Both the position numbers and the translations under genes were made by a program. From contig CAXXFL010000006.1 of assembly GCA_963674965.2 (NCBI GenBank), forward strand, positions 1,088,001-1,152,000: a DNA stretch of 64,000 bases, written 5' to 3'. This DNA is from a bacterium. GTDB lineage: Bacteria > RBG-13-61-14 > DATKZS01. The notes under the pieces are model-generated. The model was not told the DNA's origin. It saw nothing but the letters and a program-made list of their open reading frames with translations, and made no database searches. This document shows, one piece after another, positions 29,239-39,404 of the stretch; the first letter of the stretch is position 1, and the number at the start of each line of letters is the position of its first letter.

Positions 29239-29474
29239 CTATCCGTCGTTTAAATATTTATAGAGATAGAACTGATATTTATTCGAGAATAATCGTAATT
29301 TATCATCAAATATCAGCGCGCGATATAAACTCCAGTCTTTTCTATCAATCGCCCATATAAAAACATTTTCGTTATCTCTAAGCAGGTATAGATAGTTTCC
29401 ATTAATATTACGCGTTTGAATTTGGTAATTTGACAATCTTTTATCATTTATCTCGCATCCAGGAACGCTAACTA
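29239..29474 (-). pseudogene. AT-rich C-terminal gene remnant of unknown function abutting the IS
   Basis: Open frame with no start of its own outside the IS; very low GC. Confidence 0.4.
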
Positions 29475-31238
29475 GTTTCTGTTGCACAACTGCTTAATGG
29501 CTTTCATTATGCGGTGCGGAGAGGATATGGACATGCAGATTTTCAGGGCGTCTATAAAGGACGGAAAAGATTTTAACGCTTTCAGGCGAGTTGAATGCCT
29601 GAGCCGGCCCTTTTCTATCCTTTCAAAAAACACCTCTCCTTTTGCTGTTTTTCATTTCCGTTTTTCATTGCCCCCACAGGGGCGCGCCCGGCGGCGGCTA
29701 AGTCAGCAGCGCGAGTTTTCGAAGGTTCCAGGCAAAGAACGAAAGACCCACCCAGGACTTGAAGCTCTCGAAACCTCTCCACAGGCATCGGCTCAGACCG
29801 AAGCCGCGAAGAAGGGCGGAAAGGCCGCCCTCGATCCCGGCCCGGAAGCGAAGAAGCTTCTTGAACCAGCGCTGACGCTCGTGCTCGATCCGCTCCGAAC
29901 TCCTTTTGCCGGGCTTGGGAATGGCCAGGCGCTCGATATAATAAGGACCTTCGGTCGCAAGCTTCTCATTGTCCTCATGATAGAAGCGGCGGTCGCCGGT
30001 AAACTCGCGTGGAGCCTTGCCGAACAGGCGGACGTGTTTTTGCAAAATGTCCTCGAAAAGGTCGGCGTCGGAAGGGTTGCCCTCGCACACTTTATATTGA
30101 AGCACAATCCCCGACCTTCCCGTCGCCGCCATCACCTTGTGACCGAACTCGGTCGGGCTCATGGTCTTGCCTCTCCGGATGATATCAACGTGCGGCTCGA
30201 AAACGGAAACCACCTTCTCTTGCGCGGGAACCTTCTCGCCTTTTATAACCCGCCGCTCGCACTGCTCGACGCACTGCTCAGAAAGCGGCAGGTAATGATC
30301 GAGTTCGCTCTTGATCATGGTTGCCAGGCCCGCATCGCTGAAATAAAGCTCTCCGCCTTTAAGGGCCTCGTCCAGCGCCTCCCGCGCCGAGCGGGCCATG
30401 GCCAAGATTTCCGCCGAAACCTTGAGAAGGTCCCGGTACCAGACCGCCCGTTTCTTCTCGATCCCTTTGCCTTTGCCCATGGCGATCTGGTAAGCGCGCT
30501 TCTTGGCCCGCCGAGTCCGGTCATGATATTCGAACCCGAGACCCGGCAGCTCCTTCCGCGCTCCTTTCATCAACCGGTCCAATACACGGATGCTGTCAAA
30601 AAGAAGCGAAGCGTCGGTCGGATAGTGGATGTTGGCCTCGGCCACCGCGGTGTCAGCGCGGACCGCCTCGCCGTCTTCTACTTTTTTTTTAATGGCCAGG
30701 GCCACGAGCATTTCGTTGATCCGCTCCCAGGTCTCGGGGCGGATGCGTTTTATCGCCCGCTCCAGGCTGCTGAAATGGGGAATGTCCCGCCCGAAGAACC
30801 TGGTGAACTTGCGGAAATTGTAATCGGAACCGAGGCGGTCGCCGAGTTCCCGGTAGGAATAACACTTGAGTTGATAGATGACCGCGCTCCTAAGGACCTG
30901 CTCGACGCTCATCCCCTCGGCGCCGGTCTCCTTGAGTCCGCTTTGGAGATCATCGGCAACAGCTTCCAGAATTTCCTTGGCCTCGTCGAGCGCTATGCTC
31001 ATCTTCTCAAGCTCAGTGTCTTGTTTGAAAAGATGGCCCGCTTTCAAAAATTCGTGGTCTTCAATGGTCATTTGCATTTTAATTTTCGGTCGCATTTTTC
31101 GCCCCCTTCACAGCATCCCGGCAAGTCAATCCTTGATTTTTCAAGGAGTTATTGTATCATATCAAGACCAAAAAGGGAAGCGAAAAATGCTTACAGCACA
31201 TTGTTTTTATTGGCTTTTTCTAGTTACGCAACTGGAAC
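29475..31238 (-). mobile_element. Insertion sequence (ISNCY/IS5-like), ~1.76 kb
   Basis: Imperfect terminal IRs gtttctgttgcacaact / agttacgcaactggaac; flanking direct repeat taacta at 29469-29474 and 31239-31244. Confidence 0.85.
29698..31095 (-). CDS. DDE transposase (ISNCY/IS5-like)
   Basis: RADTAVAEANIHYPTDASLL, EFGHK, GDRRF, RAGIEGGLS.L.RGFGL.RC motifs. Confidence 0.9.
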   Translation of the reverse strand: MRPKIKMQMTIEDHEFLKAGHLFKQDTELEKMSIALDEAKEILEAVADDLQSGLKETGAEGMSVEQVLRSAVIYQLKCYSYRELGDRLGSDYNFRKFTRFFGRDIPHFSSLERAIKRIRPETWERINEMLVALAIKKKVEDGEAVRADTAVAEANIHYPTDASLLFDSIRVLDRLMKGARKELPGLGFEYHDRTRRAKKRAYQIAMGKGKGIEKKRAVWYRDLLKVSAEILAMARSAREALDEALKGGELYFSDAGLATMIKSELDHYLPLSEQCVEQCERRVIKGEKVPAQEKVVSVFEPHVDIIRRGKTMSPTEFGHKVMAATGRSGIVLQYKVCEGNPSDADLFEDILQKHVRLFGKAPREFTGDRRFYHEDNEKLATEGPYYIERLAIPKPGKRSSERIEHERQRWFKKLLRFRAGIEGGLSALLRGFGLSRCLWRGFESFKSWVGLSFFAWNLRKLALLT

Positions 31239-31241
31239 TAA

Positions 31242-31406
31242 CTAGGTGGCAACCTGTTTTCCTATCAACAAAAGGTCATCACCTAGTATCGAAACGTCAT
31301 CCTTTACCCAATTTTCCAGTTTGTCTTCGTAATCCAAATCGTCCTCCTTAAAGGAAATGAGGTTACTGTCGCCATCCACTTGCCAGAGCCTGGTTTTTTC
31401 CGTCAT
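31242..31406 (-). pseudogene. N-terminal fragment (54 aa) of a NucS-like endonuclease
   Basis: Manual translation MTEKTRLWQV...YEDKLENWVKDDVSILGDDLLLIGKQVAT*; AGGAG RBS; ends before the expected D...ELK catalytic motif. Confidence 0.55.
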
Positions 31407-31467
31407 TATGATCTCCTTTTAATGCTTTGAAAACAAATATGGTAACGATACTTCGAGAGCTCGAATT

Positions 31468-31646
31468 TCAGGGGATTATTAACTCTTCACAATTAGCTTC
31501 TTCATATTTACGACTATTTTCATTGTATTCATATGTCGTATAAGATTGATATATTGAAGACTTGCCCCAAGAATACTCTGTTTTTATAGCCCAAAAGCCA
31601 TTCTTCTTATATGGCAGCACCTTAATACCTTCAATTATAAACGAAC
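31468..31646 (-). pseudogene. AT-rich C-terminal gene remnant
   Basis: Open frame ...YSWGKSSIYQSYTTYEYNENSRKYEE... begins abruptly at the stop of the GH15-like gene. Confidence 0.35.
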
Positions 31647-34040
31647 TCACGGCGCGTCGGGCTTCATGGGATCGAATGCCTCCGGCTCGTATAGGGCCAT
31701 GGCCGCCAGATACACGGTGACCCCGTTCCACAAATGGGGGATGCTGGTGCGCTGCTGGGCTAATTTACGACCGTCCATCTCGACCCACATGGTGACCTCG
31801 CCGTAGCAGTCCGTCCCGGGGAAGGGAACTTCGTTGGCCAGGAAAACCAGGGCGTCCTCGAGCAGCTCCCGGTATTCTCCCTTTTCCCGGTCGGCCAGGG
31901 CCAGGGTGAATATTTCCTCCCCCAGATAGGCGAAGCCGGGAGTCCGCTTGTTCATTTTTTCCTCGATCCTGGCGGCAAGCTCCCTTTTGATCTCGACCGC
32001 GCCGGGCTCGTCGAAATCGTCGAATACGGGGGCCGGCCAAAGGGACCATGCCAGGCCGCGCCAGCCGGCGCGCTCGTGGATTCTCGGGTCCTCGATCCTG
32101 CTCCTGATTCCTTCTCTCAATACGGAGGCCGCGCCGCGCCACTTTTCGACTTCCGTCCGGTCGAAGCCCCACTCTTCTTTCGCCGACCCGGCCGCGGCCA
32201 GTCCGGTCAACACGGCCGCGACCCCGTGTAAAGTCGCGTCGGGGGGGAAGCTGTCGTCCTCGATGGCCGGCCTGGTCCAGCCCTGTCTCATGTCCACGTA
32301 GTCGCAAAGGGCGTTGGCCGAACGCCTCATGGTGCCCCGGGTTCGACTTATATAGTCGGAGCGCTCCTCCCCGGAGAGGACCCTGGCGTGCCTCCAGAAG
32401 TTCCAGACCGAAAGGGCCGTCTCGTCGATCTCGAAGGCCAGAATGGACGGGATCGATCCCGGCGTCCCGTCGGCCGCCATGTTCGAGGGCCAGTGACCCT
32501 CAGGCTTGTAAAAAGGAAGACGATAATTGAAGATTCTGACGAAGTCGGGAGCCATGGACCCGGTCATCTGGGTCCGGCGATAGAAGTCGTGGTGGAGGCT
32601 GACCTTTTCCGGGAACCCGGCCATGTCCAGGGTCAGGTCGAAAAAGGCGCCGTCGCGGGGCCAGTCGTAGTTATACGCGGGCTGCCTGGAAATGGACGCC
32701 ACCACGCATCCCCCTTCCTTGTCCTGCCCCTGAATGAGGTTGACCACCGAGCGCCTGATGACCCGGTCCACCCCCGGGTCGGGGACTTTCGGCGCCTGGA
32801 TGGACGACCAGACGGCGCGCCACGAATCGGCCGCCTCGTCGCGATACCTGGCGGCGCCTTCCGCGCGGACCTTCTCGATCATGTCCACCGCGCCGGCCGC
32901 CGACTCCGATACCGCGATGGCCAGGGTCACGGTCCGATGGCCCCCTTCCTCGAAATCCTTGACCAGCGCCGAATCGGCCTTGCCAATATAATACGAGGCA
33001 TTCTCAAGCTCCCCGTCCCGCGAGTCCAAGACCCCGCCGGATAAGGCGCCAGTGCCCTTTCCTTCACATGAGTCTGGCCCCACCTGAAAGCCGTCGGAAC
33101 CCTCGATAAAGCCATAGGCGATAAACACGCCGCCCGCCGGGTAAGCCAGGTCGAGAAGCTCGGCCGTGACGCCGCCCGATATAAGTTCCAGAGCGGCCTT
33201 GCGGTCGCGGTCCTCGTGATAGAAATGCACCACCGCGTCGCTTTGGGCAAGATATACGGCCGCGAAGCCGGCCTTCTTGGGATCGGGGTCCGTGTATTCT
33301 CCGGGTCCGGCTTTGAAGGGGGCAAAAGTCCCGTGATAGAAGAAGCGCCGAACCGGTCCGCCAAGGTCATAAGCGCGGACCATGAGGTCCAGGTCGGGAT
33401 GGATGAAGTCCTTGACCGTCATCGTCACGTCGCCGCTTTTTAAAGTGGTGGACAATATGGTCGAGTCGGGCGGCTCGTACTCCCTCGAGCTTTCCCACAC
33501 GGGATCGTGGGCCCACAGCACTGACCCGCTCTCGGTCATGACCGCGCCGGAGGACCCGAGCTCGGGACAGGGTTCGATGGGCCTGGAGTACCGGCGCCAG
33601 TCGGGGGTGGGCGCGTCTTCTCCCATCCTGACGGCGACGGCCTTGGCCAGGGTGATGCCGTTCATCTGGGTGAAATATCTTAGCTGGTCGGTGAAGGTGG
33701 GGTTGGGCCAGCGGAAAACGGCCAACTCTCCCCACGGGGAGACCTCGACGGACAGGCGGCCGTTGCCCAGGGCGGTGGCGTAGTTCGAGGCGCCCATCAT
33801 CGACTCGGCGGCAAGGTCGGCCGCGAAAAGCGCGTCGCCGCCCGACTCCTCGAGGTGGGGCTTCACCATGTTCATGGAGACCTTGTCATAAAGCCATTTC
33901 ACGCCCGGCCAAACGGGAACGAAAGGCTCGGAAGCCTCGCCTCCTTTCGCTCCGGCGTCGATCGCCGCCCCGGAAAACATCAAAGCCGCTAAAAGGAACG
34001 CCGCCGCGATCCGTACTTTTAATTTTTTGGTTCGAGCCAT
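31647..34040 (-). CDS. Secreted GH15-like (six-hairpin) glycoside hydrolase
   Basis: Signal peptide; ALGNG.L, YNYDWPRDG, FEIDET motifs. Confidence 0.7.
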   Translation of the reverse strand: MARTKKLKVRIAAAFLLAALMFSGAAIDAGAKGGEASEPFVPVWPGVKWLYDKVSMNMVKPHLEESGGDALFAADLAAESMMGASNYATALGNGRLSVEVSPWGELAVFRWPNPTFTDQLRYFTQMNGITLAKAVAVRMGEDAPTPDWRRYSRPIEPCPELGSSGAVMTESGSVLWAHDPVWESSREYEPPDSTILSTTLKSGDVTMTVKDFIHPDLDLMVRAYDLGGPVRRFFYHGTFAPFKAGPGEYTDPDPKKAGFAAVYLAQSDAVVHFYHEDRDRKAALELISGGVTAELLDLAYPAGGVFIAYGFIEGSDGFQVGPDSCEGKGTGALSGGVLDSRDGELENASYYIGKADSALVKDFEEGGHRTVTLAIAVSESAAGAVDMIEKVRAEGAARYRDEAADSWRAVWSSIQAPKVPDPGVDRVIRRSVVNLIQGQDKEGGCVVASISRQPAYNYDWPRDGAFFDLTLDMAGFPEKVSLHHDFYRRTQMTGSMAPDFVRIFNYRLPFYKPEGHWPSNMAADGTPGSIPSILAFEIDETALSVWNFWRHARVLSGEERSDYISRTRGTMRRSANALCDYVDMRQGWTRPAIEDDSFPPDATLHGVAAVLTGLAAAGSAKEEWGFDRTEVEKWRGAASVLREGIRSRIEDPRIHERAGWRGLAWSLWPAPVFDDFDEPGAVEIKRELAARIEEKMNKRTPGFAYLGEEIFTLALADREKGEYRELLEDALVFLANEVPFPGTDCYGEVTMWVEMDGRKLAQQRTSIPHLWNGVTVYLAAMALYEPEAFDPMKPDAP

Positions 34041-34201
34041 TTTGCTCCTCCCTCCGCCGCGCCCCGCCAAGCGCGTTTCAGGTGTTTTTCAAACATGTTA
34101 TGATGAAGTTGGAAATCTGCCCAAAAACGTCTGGAGGCAAAGGATGATCGACCGTTTTTATCTGGAGATGAGCTTCATGCAGACCCACGGGCCGGCCATC
34201 C

Positions 34202-34387
34202 CATCCCGACGGCGAGGTCACCTACGGCTCCGGCTCCCATACGAACGAGCTGGTTATGGTATACGCCATCGGGCCCGGATCGAAAGGATTCACCACCCGC
34301 CAGGGCTCGTGGCGCTCCGGCACGACCCTTTTCAACAACTCCATGATCTTCGACGTCATGGCCGCCTCCACGGGAATCGAGAGGTAA
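34202..34387 (+). pseudogene. C-terminal remnant of an alkaline phosphatase
   Basis: Manual translation HPDGEVTYGSGSHTNELVMVYAIGPGSKGF...NNSMIFDVM resembles the PhoA-type HT..V.VYA.GPG...DN..IF end; in-frame stops upstream. Confidence 0.55.
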
Positions 34388-34414
34388 AAAACAACAACAA
34401 AATATCAGCCGTGC

Positions 34415-36118
34415 TTACCGCTTTTTCCCTCGACATGCCTCCAGAAGGATACGAAATAAGTAACCTCGATTCTTTTTCAATGCTAATATTAAAGGAGTTT
34501 GACCTTTCGCGTTCCTGGCTTTAATATCAGCGCCATGTTCCAATAAAAGTCGAATAACTCGATCATTGTCTATTTGTGTGGGTCCGGTAACGGCTTTGTG
34601 CAAGGGAGTATCACCATAGGCATCTTGCGAGTTCACCTTGGCTCCGTGCTCGAGAAGGATTCTTGCAATTTCAGTATTACCCCAAGTTGAAACTTCATGC
34701 AAGGGGTAAGTTCCGAACTCGGCGCTCCCTGAAAATTTGCCGGAGCGGACATTTCCATCAAACTCCTCTTTGCCCTCTTCACTCATTCTCGCGTTCACGT
34801 CGGCGCCCGCGTCGATTAGAGTCTTCACAACTTCCGAGCGTCCGCGAGCGGCGGCTTTGTAAAGAGCGGTTCGGCCCCGATTATCCACCGCGTCGACCTT
34901 AGCCCCATGTTTGAGCAGAAGTTTGACGATCTCGTCGTGGCCGCAAGAGGCGGCATTCATCAAGGGAGTCACTCCATCCTCGTCGGCGCTATTGACGTCG
35001 GCGCCTTTCTCGATAAAGAGCTCGGCGAGATTGATTTTTCCAAACGACGCCGCGGGATGGAGCGTTGAAGTGCCACTGTCGGATATAAACTTTGCATCCG
35101 CTCCATTTTCGATGAGGAAAACCGCTGTTTTATAATCCTGCTCCCATCCGCGTGCAATCAATTGGTCCCTGGCCACCCGTTGGCCGTCATCCGTTTCATT
35201 GCGGGCGTTTGCTGAGTCATTATTCCGTTTCCATGCCACGCAATATAGATAACCATTGTTTACATCTACTCCACTCTCAATCAGGAGCGCGGCAATCTCC
35301 AGATCGTTGTTCATGACCGCTAATAAAAAAGGAGTGCGGCCATCGTCGTCTTTCGCTTCCACGTCCGCGTTATGATCGACCAGGAATCGGCATACGTCCA
35401 AATGCCCGGCCGTCACGGCATAATGAAGCGGCGTTCTTTCAGGGTCTTTGGCGTTTACAAGCTCCGGGTCTCGGTCGACAATCTCCTTAACTTCCTCTAA
35501 GAGGCCCATGGCTGAAGCGGTGAAGACGTCGTGCTCGGCTCCGTGGGATAACAGTAGACCGTAAATATTCTCGTGTCCCATTCTGGCGGCGTAATGAAGG
35601 GGGGAATATCCGAGATTATCCACCGCGTTCACGTCCGCCCCTTTTCCGATGAGGAACTCAGCGTATTCTTTATTTCCGCCTGAAGCGGCGTTATGTAGCG
35701 CCGTCTCACCCCAGCAAAAATTTTTGGAATTAATATCGGCTCCATAATCAAGTAAGATTGAAATGATCTTTCCATGGTCCTCCCACTCCGCGGAATGCAA
35801 TGGAGTATTTTTATACGAATCGACCTTGTTAACGTCCATCCCGATCTCACAGAAATATTTAACAACGTCCCCGTGTCCGAAAGAAGCCGCCATGTGAAGG
35901 GGTCCGCCTTTTCCTTTGAACTCGAAATCAAGCAACTCTGGACTTTTTTTCACCATTTTCTTAATCCGTTTGAGATCCCCCTCCTCGAGGGCTCGATAAT
36001 AGCGTATCTCCTCCTCGGTCATCTTCTGGGGCCAGTCGGTGACACTAAAAAAACATGAAGCTCCAGATAAAAGAAGCATTGCTATAAGTACTATAATGTG
36101 GTTTCTCTTCCTCAACAC
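34415..36118 (-). CDS. Ankyrin repeat protein with N-terminal signal/lipobox
   Basis: More than ten G.TPLH.A..G...LL..GADVN repeats; GASC lipobox-like; lower GC. Confidence 0.9.
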   Translation of the reverse strand: MLRKRNHIIVLIAMLLLSGASCFFSVTDWPQKMTEEEIRYYRALEEGDLKRIKKMVKKSPELLDFEFKGKGGPLHMAASFGHGDVVKYFCEIGMDVNKVDSYKNTPLHSAEWEDHGKIISILLDYGADINSKNFCWGETALHNAASGGNKEYAEFLIGKGADVNAVDNLGYSPLHYAARMGHENIYGLLLSHGAEHDVFTASAMGLLEEVKEIVDRDPELVNAKDPERTPLHYAVTAGHLDVCRFLVDHNADVEAKDDDGRTPFLLAVMNNDLEIAALLIESGVDVNNGYLYCVAWKRNNDSANARNETDDGQRVARDQLIARGWEQDYKTAVFLIENGADAKFISDSGTSTLHPAASFGKINLAELFIEKGADVNSADEDGVTPLMNAASCGHDEIVKLLLKHGAKVDAVDNRGRTALYKAAARGRSEVVKTLIDAGADVNARMSEEGKEEFDGNVRSGKFSGSAEFGTYPLHEVSTWGNTEIARILLEHGAKVNSQDAYGDTPLHKAVTGPTQIDNDRVIRLLLEHGADIKARNAKGQTPLILALKKNRGYLFRILLEACRGKKR

Positions 36119-36368
36119 CGCCTCCGGTGGAGAATACTCTCAAAAATAAAGTAGCTATCCATTTTATGAGGATCATCTCTCATATTGCCCATCATTATAT
36201 CTATTTGACTCAATGGAATACAAATACGCCTCCTGCCAGAGCCCGGATATCGCGCTATATGGCGGCCGCGCTCGAACGGCCGGGATTCCCCTCGTTTGCT
36301 TTGATGGCTTTTCGGTCCGATAATAAGGTAAATCGTGGTTGGCCTTGGGCCTAGGACAAGGAGGCGGT

Positions 36369-37832
36369 ATGGAACTTGACCGGCTTTTCTACCCGAAAAA
36401 GATAGCCGTAGTGGGAGCTTCCGGCCGATTAGGCGGCGGCAAAATCCCTTTTTATCAGATAGTTAAGAAGGCGGGCTTTGGCGGTCCCATATATCCGGTT
36501 AACCCCAAGTACGACGATATTGACGGCGAGAAATGCTACAAGTCCCTGGCCGACGTGCCCGAGGGCGTGGACCTGGCCATCTGCTCCGTGCCCGCCCGCT
36601 TTGCCCTGGACACGCTCAGGATCGCGGTGGAAAAGAAGATCGGTTTCGTGCATTTTTTCACCTCGGGCTTTTCCGAGCTTGGCAACCGGGACCTGGAAAA
36701 AGACCTGATCGAGGCCGCCCGCAAGGGAGAGACCAGGATAGTGGGACCCAACTGCATCGGCGTCCACTGCGCACAGTCCCGGGTCACCTTCGATTTCCAG
36801 ATGCTGGACTGGAATGAGGACGCGAAAAAGGCGGAGGCCGATCAAAGCTTCGACGTCAAGTTCCGCATGGACGGCCCGGGCGACACGGCTTTTCTGGGTC
36901 AGTCCGGCGGCGTGACCAGCAACTTCGCGGTCATGACCCGGGCGCGCCACGTCCGGCTCAACAAGGCGGTAAGCTACGGTAACCAGATAGACATTCGGGC
37001 GGAGGACTACGTACGGTATTTCGCGGCCGACGAAAATATCAAGGTGATCGCGGCTTACATCGAGGACGTCAAGGACGGCCGGGCCTTTTTCGAGGTCCTC
37101 CGCCAGACCACGCCCGAGAAGCCGGTGGTTATCTTAAAGGGCGGCTCGACGGACGCGGGAGCGAGGGCGGCGGCCAGCCATACGGGCGCCATGGCTGGCC
37201 GGTCGGCCATCTGGCGGTCGGCCATGCGCCAGCTTCGGTGCATCGAGGTGGACACTCCCGAGGAGCAGCTTGACGTGGTCATGATGGCGACCTCGGCCAA
37301 GACCCCGAAGGGACCGAGGCTGGGCTACCTGGGAGCGGGCGGCGGAACGTCGGTGATCTTTACCGACCTGGCCGAGAAACACGGACTTCAAATGCCCGAG
37401 CTTTCCCCCCGGACGCGGGAAACCATCTCGGCTAAAATACCCGACGTCAACACCAGCACCAGGAACCCCGTTGACCTCGGGGCCTTCGGTTTCGACACTC
37501 GGATCATGAAGCACGCCATGGACGCCATGGACCCGGACCCCAGGGTGGACGTGATCGTGCCCTATTTTTCCCTCGACTTTATCAGCCTTTATCCCGACGA
37601 GTTGATAATCAAGGGGCTTACATCTTTTACCAACGACGCCATGAAGCTCGAAAAGCCCGTGGTCCCCATCCTGACCAAGGCGGCCGACGAGAAACCACGC
37701 CTCGAGTACCTAAGGCTCATGGCCCTCGCCATTTTCCGCCGGGCCGGGATGCCGGTCTACTACAACCTGCAGGACGCGATCAGGGCCATCTCCGCCGTGC
37801 TGCAATGGAGCGAGAACGGCAAAAGAGAATGA
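36369..37832 (+). CDS. NDP-forming acyl-CoA synthetase alpha subunit (CoA-binding protein)
   Basis: IAVVGAS, YPVNP, RIVGPNCIG, QSGG, SHTG phospho-His motif, NPVDL. Confidence 0.9.
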   Translation: MELDRLFYPKKIAVVGASGRLGGGKIPFYQIVKKAGFGGPIYPVNPKYDDIDGEKCYKSLADVPEGVDLAICSVPARFALDTLRIAVEKKIGFVHFFTSGFSELGNRDLEKDLIEAARKGETRIVGPNCIGVHCAQSRVTFDFQMLDWNEDAKKAEADQSFDVKFRMDGPGDTAFLGQSGGVTSNFAVMTRARHVRLNKAVSYGNQIDIRAEDYVRYFAADENIKVIAAYIEDVKDGRAFFEVLRQTTPEKPVVILKGGSTDAGARAAASHTGAMAGRSAIWRSAMRQLRCIEVDTPEEQLDVVMMATSAKTPKGPRLGYLGAGGGTSVIFTDLAEKHGLQMPELSPRTRETISAKIPDVNTSTRNPVDLGAFGFDTRIMKHAMDAMDPDPRVDVIVPYFSLDFISLYPDELIIKGLTSFTNDAMKLEKPVVPILTKAADEKPRLEYLRLMALAIFRRAGMPVYYNLQDAIRAISAVLQWSENGKRE

Positions 37833-38298
37833 CGCGGTCTTGGCCCAAGCGGCCGGGAACCGCCGGCGGGCGAGGAATTGCAAGTAACTCTCCAGGCGAT
37901 CGGCCGTTTCAGGCCGCTTCAGGAGCCAAAGTCATCGGTCAAAACAAAAGCGAACCACATGCTCCCGTAACCTCCTGACCTTCAAAGAAATATATAGGCA
38001 TTCAGCGAAATCGGAGGCAAGATAGTTCTTCATCTTTTTCGCGCCGCCGCGGTTTTCAAGGGAGATTGCGTAGGGGAGTTTTCCGCTCCCGTCTTTAACA
38101 TAACGCTCTTAAATATTCGTCCAGGATACAGAATTTACACGTCGTGCATTCTCTGAACCGTATTTTAAAAATACATGACGTAACCGGTTAAATACAATGT
38201 GTTTTGTGAACGCCTTCCAGTAATGGACTTTATATTTATCGCAAAAGAAATATCAATATTTCGATATTTATAAATATCACGCGTGCAATACGATAAAT

Positions 38299-38327
38299 AT
38301 AATAAATGAACGAAAAGCCGACGTCAA
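38299..38327 (-). promoter_or_regulatory. Orphan sigma70-like promoter pointing into a non-coding AT-rich region
   Basis: TTGACG-17 nt-TATTAT on the minus strand. Confidence 0.45.
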
Positions 38328-38598
38328 GAGAAATCTTATCGATAAAACGATATTTTATTGATGACTTGGGTCGGGCCATGAAAAATGGACGCCGCCTGGA
38401 TACCAATAATATCCAAATTATTTAATAGGATTAAGCCGAAAAATAACGCCGAGTTTGTACCTTTTCAATTTGAAATTATTATCGGAATACCCACTGGAAT
38501 AATGTTGAAAAACGGCCAGGATCAATGGAAATTTCTATTGATTTTCTGGTGAAATATAACTTCGGAATTATTGCCGGGAAAAAGCTAGGGCGGCGAAA

Positions 38599-39168
38599 TT
38601 ACCATTTTACACTCAGGCTGTGGGTCACCTTATTCTCGGAGGATTCCTCGGTTAGTTCGAAAACGGCCTCGGGATACCCGGACATCTCTATCAGCCTCTC
38701 GATACACCCGCAAATCTGCTCGATATAAGCGTCCGTTCCCGGGTCGGTGGGTTTGGAATAAATGTTTACTACTGCTTCCCTTTCCGAGGGGAACCCCACG
38801 TCAAAGGCCTCGAAGGAATAAAAATTATGCTGAATCTGGACGTATCGTTTCAGAGTTTCCAGCGGCCTTCCCTTGCCGATCATGGCCGGGTAATCGGCAA
38901 CGAGTTCATCGGCCTGAGATTTCCCGAGCGCCCTCGCCAGGGGGAGGCTTTCTCGTCCTACCAGCTTGAAGACGGCCATCCCCGCTCTCTGGAAGAACCC
39001 CATGGGATACCAGGAAGCGGGAAGTACCATTTGTTCGATCTTGCTCTTGTCGTCAGCCGTCAGGTAATCGCCCCAGGGAAGATTAGGGGACGACCGGATA
39101 ATCTTGACGTAATTAAGGACCAGGTTCCCTTTCACGTGTCTTCCGGCAAGTTTGCTTTTTTGTACCAT
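38599..39168 (-). CDS. Hypothetical protein, DUF2378/V4R-like
   Basis: VKG N-terminal and SWYP motifs, G..E..IEMSG C-terminal pattern. Confidence 0.5.
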   Translation of the reverse strand: MVQKSKLAGRHVKGNLVLNYVKIIRSSPNLPWGDYLTADDKSKIEQMVLPASWYPMGFFQRAGMAVFKLVGRESLPLARALGKSQADELVADYPAMIGKGRPLETLKRYVQIQHNFYSFEAFDVGFPSEREAVVNIYSKPTDPGTDAYIEQICGCIERLIEMSGYPEAVFELTEESSENKVTHSLSVKW

Positions 39169-39404
39169 ATAGAGGAATCTATACCAAACTTGAATCAAGA
39201 TCAATAGGCAAGGCAATTATTTTCCCCTGGCTCTATCCTCACGGCTACCCGAAGAAGGCGTCAATACCTAAACAGCTAATATAAATGATAATATTTTATT
39301 AACGGAAAGTTGGGATAAATGCGGCCGTTAAATAAAGTGGTCATGCAATGTACAAAAAGCCCAACCAGCTTTCGGAATTTATTTCAATGGTAAATGCAAA
39401 ATAT

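Noticed and set aside
29482-31245. 587-aa plus-strand ORF spanning the whole IS
   Set aside because: Antisense shadow of the transposase with no recognisable motifs; long antisense frames are common at this GC
37833-38598. Replication origin in the AT-rich gap
   Set aside because: No TTATCCACA-type DnaA box cluster seen and no dnaA or other origin-linked genes
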